Shown: positions 26,951 through 38,259 of the stretch, piece after piece
Position numbering within the stretch: the first letter of the stretch is position 1
How the letters are laid out: every line of letters begins with the position of its first letter
Source of the DNA: Eledone cirrhosa
Lineage: Eukaryota
Direction: 5' to 3'
DNA length: 64,000 bases
NCBI GenBank assembly: GCA_964016885.1
Contig: OZ024740.1
Span: 43,276,001-43,340,000 of the forward strand
The notes under the pieces: generated by a model
Seen by the model: only the letters and a program-made list of their open reading frames with translations
The model's database searches: none
Told to the model about the DNA's origin: nothing
Program-made: the position numbers and the translations under genes

Positions 26951-27021
<71 letters not shown>

Positions 27022-27049
27022 GTATATGTATATATATATATTTATGTAT

Positions 27050-27246
27050 ATAACGGAGGAAATGTGGTAAGGAACCAGGTGAACCATAACGCACCAAAGT
27101 ACTCAATACTTAGGGTAGTAGAGTGGGTAATAGGAACGAGTAGGACTCCGACGGCTGAGTTCAAGCCGTTTCGACGGCTAATTCTGGACTCGTCCAGAAT
27201 TAGCCATCGAAACGGCTTGAGCTCAGCCGTCTGGTTCCTACTCGTT

Positions 27247-27250
<4 letters not shown>
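27050..27250 (-). mobile_element. Mini fold-back PLE terminus (second copy at 38257-38392, related hairpin at 60020-60127)
   Basis: Hairpin 27131-27250 containing GAAA-cggct..agccg-TC; (TA)n on both sides. Confidence 0.7.
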
Positions 27251-27280
<30 letters not shown>

Positions 27281-28750
27281 TGTATGTGTGTGTGTGTGTG
27301 TGTGTGTGCATGTTAACTCACTGTGCATTATCATTAAGAAAATGTTTTATGATGTTAATATTTACTCTATCAGTTATGCATTCTAAACAGGAGAAATTCC
27401 ATTATGGTTTCTAAGTAACCGTTGGAAATCTTCCCTTGACTTCTATCAAATATGCAGGCCTAAACTCCCATCTGCTATGTCCCTTGACAGAGATATATTC
27501 GTTTACGCAATTCTACTTAAATTTACAGCAATTTTACTTTCTTTTAATTTTCTTTCTGTGATTATACAACGTACTGAGTATTATATGTTGATTAAATTTG
27601 TTTATTTTCTTTTATTTCTTCATTAAATATTTCATTTTTGGATTTTATTTTACGGATGGCTTAATTTATATTTTACAATCCAGCTTTAATTTATCAGTTT
27701 ATATCAGTGTTCTATGTGTTCGATCAACAGATTAGCCTGCTCATGAAACTAACTTCCAAGTAGCAGAGCCTCCCCTTAACGTATGTGCCATTAACGTTAA
27801 TTTCAAATGAATTTAGCAGTGTCTCACAAGGCTGCTCTGTCGTATTCCAAAATCTTCCGTCTACCCAATTTCACACACAAGGACAGGGTTATCCCTGACA
27901 ATAGTAAATGTTATCTGCTCAAAATATCATGCAGTATGCCAGGACGTAATGATTGCGAAGCAAACATGGTAAACATTTGGGCATGCGGCCTATGCTTGAA
28001 ACAATCAATCGTTTTGAACAATCTTGCATGCCACAGGTAAATTTCTGTTTGCGAATGTCGAAATTTAGATGCAAACGAAAGAGCAATAAATTCCACATAC
28101 ACTTTTGTTTTCATTTGTAGTCGGAAGATTTATTTCGATCTCTTGCTAGACTTATGTATGGATCATATAAAAACACATATTGTATTGACTGTTATTGTAT
28201 CTACTGTTATAGTATCTAAAGTTATCAAATTATATATGTTATCTTGCGTTTCTCCTGTTCTATAATTGTATCATGTTATCGTATTGTAACTACTGTTATC
28301 TTAAGTCAGCAAACCGTCCACTTGTTATTAACTCTGCCACTTTTATTTTTTAATGTACTATCTAATTATTCTCAAGGTTCTGTAGAATTTCTTCTACGCT
28401 TCATTCCATCTTGCGTCAATATGTATATTATGTTAAGTATGTATATTATGTTTGCTATGTACGCAAGAAAAACTTGAACCGTTAAGGTATCTTTTTCTTG
28501 ATTATGTCAAAATTTATAAAACAAACTTTGTATTTTATCTAGTGAAAGTGTACCAAAGATTTGGTACCCTTGAAATATATATAATAGAATAAATATGGTT
28601 TTATAAATATAGTTTCCATTTATTTAATATCATTGAATATTATACTCCAGAAAACATTTCGAGTGCTCTGAATCAGTTATAAACATTTATATTTGTTGAA
28701 TTACCAACAAATTGAATATCCCTTTTGCTTATATATATATATATATATAT

Positions 28751-29487
28751 AATAAAAAGTATCTGTTCCTACATGTAAAAAATACATATAGGGATACAAG
28801 TATTGTCCAACCATATGCCTGGTGTGGTTCTATGGCAGGTTAATAAATTAACAACCCAGAACATATAAAATCAAGATTTTGCAAATAGAGAAAAAGTTTT
28901 AAAATAAATTTCAAAATGTTCACTGTACTTACTATATGTGCCTTTACCGCGGTTTTCGATCCTAAAATAAATAGATAATCCAGCGAATTTTCGTTGAGAA
29001 AGAGATCTTCGTCAGAAGGCTTTTCTCGCTCGGAGAATATAAAATTCTCGAGTTCGAATCACAAACTGGCGCCATACAAAACTGTTCCCGAATGAGAGTG
29101 AATGAGAGAAGAAACAATCTTGTCTAGTGCCGTGTGCAAAGACAGAAAACAGGTCAATGTCCTGCTACTAAAAATAGCAGCAGTTCAAACGACCAAAAGT
29201 CTTCTTAACCTTAGAGGAGAATAATAATAAAAGTATGCGTTCCTACATGTAAAAAATACATATAGGGATGCAAGCATTGTCCAACCGTATACCAGTGTGG
29301 TTCTATGGCAGGTTAATAAATTAACAAGCCAGAACATATAAAATCAAGGTTTAGCAAACAGAAAAAGTTTTAAAATAAATTAAAAAAAGTTCACTGTACT
29401 TCACTGTACTTCACTGTACCTTTACAGTGAACTTTTTGAAATTTATTTTAAAACTTTTTCTCTATTTGCTAAACCTTGATTTTATAT
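28751..29487 (-). repeat. 474-bp-unit repeat (~1.4 units) with HHR and 5' inversion
   Basis: agtat.. recurs at 28758 and 29232; inverted piece ~29423-29485; (TA)n flanks. Confidence 0.85.
28940..29020 (-). ncRNA. Hammerhead ribozyme (51-nt helix-II domain)
   Basis: gcctt-CTGACGA-agatc...gatc-GAAA(A)-ccgcgg-TA-aaggc. Confidence 0.75.
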
Positions 29488-29624
29488 ATATATGAATTTT
29501 TCGAATATGAATAACATTCGATTCGTTTGCAATTAATGTTATTATTAATATTCGTAAAACTCAGATTATATTTATTGTATTCTGCCATGTAGACCGAAAT
29601 TTATATTTTTTACATTTTTAGAAA

Positions 29625-29705
<81 letters not shown>

Positions 29706-29708
<3 letters not shown>

Positions 29709-29833
29709 AGGAAAAGCGAAGTAGTTTCAGATGTTCATCTGAAACTACTTCGCTTTTCCCTATTCGATATTTACTCCGTCACTCCTATGTGGAAAAAGTA
29801 CGCTGAGTACTTGAATTGAATTGCATCAATGTT

Positions 29834-29840
<7 letters not shown>
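29706..29840 (+). mobile_element. Mini fold-back element between microsatellites
   Basis: Hairpin aataaggaaaagcgaagtagtttcagatg-tt-catctgaaactacttcgcttttccctatt. Confidence 0.6.
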
Positions 29841-29916
<76 letters not shown>

Positions 29917-29921
<5 letters not shown>

Positions 29922-30583
29922 CAGGAAAGAAGGTTGACATGGTTTGCTATACAAAAAAGGTTTTTAATCTCATAGCTGACAATTGTTTCTCTGAACTGGT
30001 AGGTCTAGATATCGCTATTCGCTTATTTTCGCGTTACTCGATCGCCAATACAAAATTATAACCAGTCAGATATTCGGAGAATGCGAGAATGAAGAAAATA
30101 CACAGGCAAGAAAAGAATATACAGGCTACTATATGAAGTAGTAATGGCATTCAATTAGAACAATAACAACATTCTAATTGAATGCCATTACTACTTGATA
30201 TAGTAGCCTGTATATTCTTTTCTTGCCTGTGTATTTTCTTCATTCTCACATGCTCCGAAGATCTGACTGCTTATAATTTTGTATTGGCGATCGAGTAACG
30301 CGAAAATAAGCGAATAGCGATCTCTAGACCTACCAGTTCAGAGAAACAATTGTCAGCTTTGAGATTAAAAACCTTTTTTGTATAGCAAACCATGTCAACC
30401 TTCTTTCCTGATTTATTATTACTCCAAGTGTTTACAACATAGGAATTAGGGCATACCCGCAGCATCACTATGAAAACGCCTTGTTGAGTCAAACCAAGCC
30501 AAGCGTTAATATCATCCACTACCTGGAATACCATAACTGGACTTTACCTAAGTGGACTGCATTTAACTATTATTTGTTACCTC

Positions 30584-30585
<2 letters not shown>
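29917..30585 (+). mobile_element. Fold-back PLE terminus in (TA)n
   Basis: Arms ~29917-30161 and ~30171-30415 are reverse complements. Confidence 0.85.
30252..30357 (+). ncRNA. Hammerhead ribozyme (U4C core, 81-nt helix-II domain)
   Basis: gct-CCGAAGA-tctgactg...cagttcaga-GAAA-caattg-TC-agc. Confidence 0.7.
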
Positions 30586-30669
<84 letters not shown>

Positions 30670-30675
<6 letters not shown>

Positions 30676-31257
30676 GATTCTACAGGATTAGAACTGTTTC
30701 ATTCTTTAGAAATCATTAGGAATCTGGGTATCAAAAAATAAATATGGTATTTATAGGTCTCTTCAGGTGGTAGGAGAGGTTGGGTTGTGGGATGGGTGTA
30801 GGTCATTGGTTGATAGAAAAGGGAATTCATTAAAAGCTAATTCTTCAAAGCTATAGTTTATATTTAGGCTGAAAGAATTCTATAAACAAGTTCAAAATGG
30901 GGTGCCACTCCGTATTCTTAAGTTTATAGAATTCTGTTTATAGAATTCTGTCTGCCTTTGTTACTCTAAAAACAAAAATAAATAAAAATAAACTATAGCT
31001 TTGTAGAATTAGCTTTTAATGAATTCCCTTTTCTATCAACCAATGACCTACACCAATCCCACCCCCCAACCTCTCCTACCACCTGAAGATACCTATAAAT
31101 ACCATATTTATTTTTTGATACCCAGATTCCTGATGATTTCTAAAGAATGAAACAGTTCTAGTCCTGTAGAATCTCATCTATATTAAAATGTTTATACTCT
31201 GCAATGTATTGAGTACCTTACTTACTGTGGTTACCTCCGATTCAACCCGGAATAACG

Positions 31258-31260
<3 letters not shown>
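30670..31260 (+). mobile_element. Fold-back PLE terminus (second copy, opposite strand, at 37712-38228)
   Basis: Arms ~30670-30860 and ~30990-31180; both copies end at the same 3' point ...cggaataacgta|(TA)n. Confidence 0.85.
31124..31174 (+). ncRNA. Type-I hammerhead ribozyme (copies at 37799-37849(-) and 38162-38212(+))
   Basis: agattc-CTGATGA-tttc taaa gaat-GAAA-cag ttctagtc ctg-TA-gaatct. Confidence 0.8.
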
Positions 31261-31294
<34 letters not shown>

Positions 31295-31589
31295 AGAAGA
31301 GATATTTAATTTGTTGGAAATCCAACAAATATAGATGTTTACGACTGATTCAAAGGACTCGACAGCTTTCTGGAGTAAGTATTCAATTGATATTAAATGT
31401 GTATGTATAGATGTTTATATATATTTATGTACTTCTACATTATGTACTTCTATATAATTCTAATTTTAATTTTAATTTTTAATTTTTTTAAATTCTTTAA
31501 TTCTTTTTTCTTAATTTTGTATTTTTCTAATGAAACCCTATATAGCTTTATTTTTCTAATGACACCCTCTAAAGCTAATTTTTAAATGT

Positions 31590-34500
31590 AGATTACTAAC
31601 CATTAACTGGTTTTAGTAAAATATAGTTGCAAGATGGTGGCCCTGATGCCGCTGGGTGACCCTACCAGTTTTCCAGACGGCATAGCTCCAACATCCCCAA
31701 CACCTGCACCAACATCTATAGCACCTCTTTGTAGACGATATTGCATGTCATCCCTTGAGGAGTGTAAGCAAAAAGTCCATTCCTGCTCCCTACGCGGGAA
31801 CAGGCAACATAAAGTTGGCCATGGGAGAAGCATGGCTCCTCCAAATGGATGCCCGCCACCGACAATGTTTGCCCTTGTGACTTGTTAATTGACATGGCAA
31901 AACATGGTCTCACCGGGAATTGGGATCGCCGGAAATCGAACGGGATATCTGACGCCGAGGGAAAAGGTTCATCCTTGGAATGAAAACATTCTCCCCTCTC
32001 CTGCACTTCGTTACAATGGTGGCCTCAATCAAGTGGGGCGTCAGTGACTTGACGTCCATGCGAGTACCGTTGCACTGTTTCGGTGGACGCAAGTTCCTTA
32101 TTAGCATAATAGGACAGCCAACCCTAAGCTTAAGAATGTGAGGTAGGAGCCCTGGGGGCCCAAGGGAATTTAATAACTCAACCGGATAAATTAACGATAT
32201 CGTTGGGGTCTGACGTCCGGTCGATAGATTTGAAGATTGCTCTTTACCGGGGAAACTTCTCAATCAGCTGCTCGTTAATAAAATTAACCATGGTATTTTT
32301 CGGAGCAAGGATGGCTCTCTTTCGCTGAGCCAATCGAGGTTTCTAAAGTTAGATGAGGCATTAGGAAAAACTGCTTCCCAAAGGTCAGAAGGGCTGCTCA
32401 CAATGTTGCACAGGGATTCGATTGCTATGCCGCCCTTGTCATCCGCAGGGACCTTGCCCTCACCAACTGCTAAAATATTCTGATTAAATGCTGCAGACAT
32501 GTTGTCACCATGCAAATGAGCACGCATATTTGTGCTCAGGTACAAACTCTTCACCTGGAGCCACAACATGGACGATATAAGGCAGGTACACACTTCATCA
32601 GCTCTTGTCCCTTTGGGGATGACAGGAAGTGTTTGCCGAAAATCCCCTGATAACAGAAGGGTTAGGCCACCCATAGGAGCCGTAGAATCCCTAATGTCTT
32701 TCAGCGTCCCGTCCAATGCCTCAAGGGCACCCTTGTGTGTCATTGTGCACTTATCCCAAACAATGAGACAACATTTTTTGAGAACCAGAGCTTCGTGTGA
32801 ACTCTTGCCGATATTGCATGTTGGTGTCTCAGCTTTTACTAAAGCCAATGACTGTTTAAAGGTTGAATGTGCTGTCCTACCTCCCGACAGCAAAGTAGCA
32901 GCGATCCCGGACGATGCAACGGCCAACGCAATATTTTTCTCCTGACGAATCTTAGCGAGAATCAATTTCGTTACATAAGTTTTTCCGGTACCCCAGGAGC
33001 ATCGAGAAAGTAAATACCCACAGTCTGATTTTGAACCGCGTCAATGATAGTTAAATAGGCCAACCTTTGGTCCGACAGAAATTTGGGCTCATTTTCCTCT
33101 AAGTATTGCGAAAGAGATTCGATGTCATATGCTGCTCCCCGCAACAAATCCGGGTACAACGTGTTAGCTTCCTCTCTGACGGTTAACGGCAAGCCATACG
33201 TCGCCAACTCACTCCCACCCATGTCGAGGAGGGCATCCTCGATATCAATGAGTGCCCTGTTGTAGATAATGTCGCTGTAACCAACTTCCACTGAAGTATA
33301 CTGCAGATGAGCCAGGCGCAGGAAGTCCTCAGAAGTCTCTGTACTTCACCCATAAAGATTTGGGATCACCCAATTCACACTTTTGAAGCAAAATGGCAAT
33401 GCGTTTCCGTAGACCTTTAGGTGATTTCAACAAAGCACCCTCTGCTAAAGTGGAATCCCATTGCGAATCATCTTCCAAAAGACCACGCTTAAAGCAGGCT
33501 TCCCGGTACGTATCACATATTTTTCCATCAACAGTTTTGAGGTCCTGAAAACTTTGTGGGACAACAACTTCATGCAGAAGAAGGCGGAGATGAAAGCACT
33601 CATGCTGACTTGGGGGCACAGAGTAAACCATTCCATGACAGTTGACACATTTTACACCAGGATGTCTTTCAGCAGCCTGACCTGACTTTTTCGCACCCAT
33701 GTGTTTTTCGACCATATAAATTAGGATGGAACCTGGAAGTACACAATTATTTGCGCAAATGTATCGAACTGGCAACGTTTGAAGAAACCCGTCATAGTGG
33801 TCTCTTTCGGATCGGAGGCCAACTTGGCAGCGGTTTGGTCCGTAAAGTAAACCCTTTGCCCATTTTCCAAATGTACCGCAAGATGTACGATGTCGGGGTG
33901 ACGTTGGTGTAGGGGTAAACCCAATAGGCGCCAAAAAGCTTCATTGCTACCCCGCCAGGTATTTTGTGACCTCGTTCCTGCTATTTTAAGCTTGAAATGC
34001 GAACATTGCGGCATCAGAGCCCTTATTTACATATTTGCATATGTATTTTATCGACTTGACGAAGATGCAAAACTCAACGTTAATGTTGATGTTGAACATC
34101 TTCAAGAGAAGCGGGCAGTAAGGGACCACCCATCTATTGTCGACTTGACCTCCCCTTACTGTTGTGGTGAAGGCACCGTTCTCGGGCCGTCTCCGCCTGT
34201 ACAGGGGGTACGCGTTGCCACCAGTCTGAGTCTGGTCAACAAATTTTTGCACGACCCTCCTTTCAGACACGTGTTATGCTCATTAGGACCCGACACACAC
34301 GGACCATGTTAGCTTTGACGATGTCATATAATTCCTGGTTAGTTGCTGGGTTAGCGATTTCAGCCGAAATGAAGATATCTATGGCATTTGAATTGATTTT
34401 ATCAGCTAACCAAATCAAAATGTGAGCATGTGGCAACCCTCGTTTTTCCCATTCGACGGTGAACATGTCACATTTTACAGCCCAAATACCTGACCTTTTT

Positions 34501-35893
34501 GATTAAAGCCATGAGTTTAGCCAGTTTCAGTCTGAACACTCTGGCAATGAGGTCATGTCTGTTCGAATAATTTTGCCCAGGAAAAAGTTCACGGGTTACA
34601 TTCCGATTCATATGTCTATAGCATTAATCTGTTATATGAAGTGTTATTTTGCGGGTTGTTATTTGCAATAAGCCGATTGAAAATGCCCCAGATAAGCCGG
34701 AACGCTCAATACGGAACACTCCACTGCAGTGTTGTCATATAGGGAGTGAAGAGCGACAGAGAGAGTAAAGCAGTTAAATTATAGAGAGGGGAATGATCAT
34801 GATCGATGTTTGCCCTTGTTGTTGATTGTTTTGAAACTTTTTTGCTTCATGACCTTCCCCTGACCAAAAGCAATAATTATCCCGACTTTGAAAAAAATCC
34901 CGTGAAAAAAGTTTTCTCATTAACTTTTTGTCTCATATTGACAAAAACAAAGAAAGAAAATTACAAAAAGGACAACAATAAAATATAATGTCTTTGTTGA
35001 GAATCATGTAAATAAATGCTTAAGCGTCGTTATTGTTACGTTTGTTGTTTTATAAATTCATCTGTTGCTTTTGAATATTTGTTATTTGATGTAAAATGTA
35101 AGTGTGGAAAATGTAACGTTGAGAGAGCAGTATGTATTTAGTGTTATCGGCTTTTTAAATTTTGATATTTGATGTATGAGTGTCGCTTAGTTATTAAAGT
35201 TTGTTTCGCGTTCCCGAACGAAGAGGAGGAATGATCTATTATATAGAGAGAGAAGAGTGACGGAGATAATGAAGTTAGTGTTAAACCTCGAAGCATGAAG
35301 AGAGTAAAGCAGTTAAATTATAGAGAGGGAAAATAATCTATTGTAGAGAGAGGGAAGAGCGACGGAGAGAGTAAAGCTATGGTTGTTGTATAAATTGATG
35401 TGTTGCTTAGGTTTCAAAGTTTGTGTCGCGTTCCTTCAAAAGAAGTTTTGTCGTTGTTCTAAATTGTAATGGTGATAGGGTAGTAGACGGAGGCAGTAAC
35501 CTTTTGAAGAGAGTTGCAGAGGAGATTGAGCGGGGAGTAAAAGGAGTGATGAACCTTTTAAAGAGAGTTGCAGAGGAGATTGAGAGTGGAGTAGAGGAAA
35601 GGATGAACCTTTTAAAGAGAGTTGCAACATGTATGTAGTTTCATATATTTTTGATGGTAGTAGTGAGAGGAATGAAGCGTGTAACCGAGAGGGTTACAGC
35701 ATGTATTTAGTTTTATCGATTCTTTTCATAGAAGCAGGAAATCCTTGGCAAAAATAATTACACGTTAACCTGCCCTGGTAAATTTGGAGCACACTGGAAA
35801 AGAAATCATCAAAATCCGTAGAGAAATGTGGAAATGCATAAACATCATACACACACACAGAGACAGACATCTACCGTTATATATATATAGAGA
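31590..35893 (-). mobile_element. Helitron, internally deleted and decayed
   Basis: 5' end A|TCTCTATATATAT..TGTCTGTC at 35893; Rep-Hel remnants inside; 3' CTRR end not located, so the left boundary is approximate. Confidence 0.8.
31716..34600 (-). pseudogene. Helitron Rep (HUH) / PIF1-type helicase, frameshifted
   Basis: EWEKRGLPHAHILIW, KYICKYVNKGSD, FLDAPG, GRTAHS, GDFRQTLPV, FAMSINKSQGQT and HGQLYVACSRV. Confidence 0.9.
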
Positions 35894-35942
35894 TAGATAA
35901 CATTAATTGCAAACTAATCGAATGTTATTAATATTCGAAAAA

Positions 35943-35995
<53 letters not shown>

Positions 35996-35996
<1 letters not shown>

Positions 35997-36781
35997 ATAA
36001 AGTATGAATTCCTACGTGTAAAAAATACATATAGGGAAACACATATTATCCAACCGTATGCCAATGTGGTTCTATGGCGGGTTAATAAATTAACAAGCCA
36101 AAACATATAAAAAAAAGGTCTAGCAAATAGAGAAAAAGTTTTTAAATAAATTTTAAAAAATTCGCTGTACTTACTATAAGTGTCTTTACCGCGGTTTCAA
36201 GCTCCTGAATAAACGGAAAATCCCAGCGGATATCCATTGAGAAGGGAGCAATCTTCAGAGGCTCTTCTCCCTCGGAAAATATAAAATTCCCGAGTTCAAA
36301 ACACAAACTCGCCATACAAAACCATTCCCAAATGAGAGCGAATGATGAAAGAAATAATTCTGTCTGGTGCCGTGTGCAAAGACAAAAGGCATGGTGGACA
36401 GATCAATGTCCTGCCACTAGAAATAGCCGCCGTCCAAACGGCCAAAATGTTATCTCTACCTTAGGGAGTGATCAATAATAATAAAGTATGAATTCCTACT
36501 TGTAATAAATACATATAGGGAAACAAGTATTATCCAACCGTATGCCAATGTGGTTCTATGGCGTGTTAATAAATTAACAAGCCAGAACATATAAAATAAA
36601 GTTCTAGCAAATAGAGAAAAAGTTTTAAAATAAATTTTAAAAAATTCGCAGTACTTACTATAAGTGTTTTACCGCGGTTTCAAGCTCCAGAATAAACAGA
36701 AAATCCCAGCGGATTTCCCTTGAGAAGGGAGCAATCTTCCGAAGGCTCTTCTGCATCGGAAAATATAAAATTCCTCAGTTC

Positions 36782-36782
<1 letters not shown>
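35996..36782 (-). repeat. 484-bp-unit repeat (~1.6 units), same family as 28751-29487, HHRs at ~36182-36262 and ~36667-36746
   Basis: agtatg recurs at 36001 and 36485; CTGAAGA-ttgctcc...ggagctt-GAAA-ccgcgg-TA on the minus strand; (TA)n flanks. Confidence 0.85.
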
Positions 36783-36817
<35 letters not shown>

Positions 36818-37359
36818 GTTACTAGATATGAATTCTTTATTATTATCTCCAAATTATTTGTCGAGCAATATTGGCCATGACTGCTGCTACGGTTGTAGGC
36901 AGGCCGCTGTCTTATTAGCAAAACACTTTCCACTGATTGACCTCGATGTCACGTGTTCGATTCTTTTTGAATTTGCCACAGACGCAGAGGCAGTGATTTT
37001 CTCAATGGCTAGGAATTCAGTCCGCGCTTTGCTATTTCCTATCCACTGAATTATTTTTTAATAAGTTTCCAGAGTCCTCGCTTTGCCTGGAAACTTACAT
37101 GAGAATAGACTTTCCTGACGACGGAATGCTTCACTGTATCTTCTTCGGAAAATATATTTACTCCATTCCAGAAACTAATTAGTTGGAAGTGATATTTTAG
37201 TAAGTAAGTTAATTTTATAATTATCTTATTTTACGTCTCTTATATTATTGTTCTGCAACCCCATGCATTGAACCACAATGCTATTAAGACAAAACCTATA
37301 TATTTGCTAGCATTGATATGCATCTGTATGTATATATATGTTACTAGATATGAATTCTT

Positions 37360-37711
<352 letters not shown>

Positions 37712-37716
<5 letters not shown>

Positions 37717-38224
37717 GTTATTCCGGCTTGAATCGGAGGTAACCACAGTAAGTAAGGTACTCAATACATTGCAGAGTATAACAGTTTTAATATAGATGAG
37801 ATTCTACAGGACTAGAAATGTTTCATTCTTTAGAAATCATCAGGAATCTGGGTATCAAAAAATAAATATGGTATTTATAGGTCTCTACAAGTGGTAGGAG
37901 AGGGTGGGGAGTGGGATGGGTGTAGGTCATTGGTTGATAGAAAAGGGAATTCATTAAAAGCTAATTCTACAAAGCTATAGTTTATTTTTATTTATTTTTG
38001 TTTTTAGAGTAACAAAGGCAGACAGAATTCTATAAACTGGTTCAGGATGGCATACCATTCCTTGTTATTAAGTTTCTCTTAAGCTAACAGATGTCTATAA
38101 GATCAGTGGGGGGGTCAGTCATAGTAGACAGAATAAATACCATATTTATTTTTTGATACCCAGATTCCTGATGATTTCTAAAGAATGAAACAGTTCTAGT
38201 CCTGTAGAATCTCATCTATATTAA

Positions 38225-38228
<4 letters not shown>
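37712..38228 (-). mobile_element. Fold-back PLE terminus, second copy of the 30670-31260 family
   Basis: Reverse-complement homology; inverted piece 38134-38228. Confidence 0.85.

Positions 38229-38259
<31 letters not shown>

Noticed and set aside
37110-37165. CTGACGA...GAAA-atatat hammerhead-like match
   Set aside because: No helix I pairing; may be chance or too decayed.
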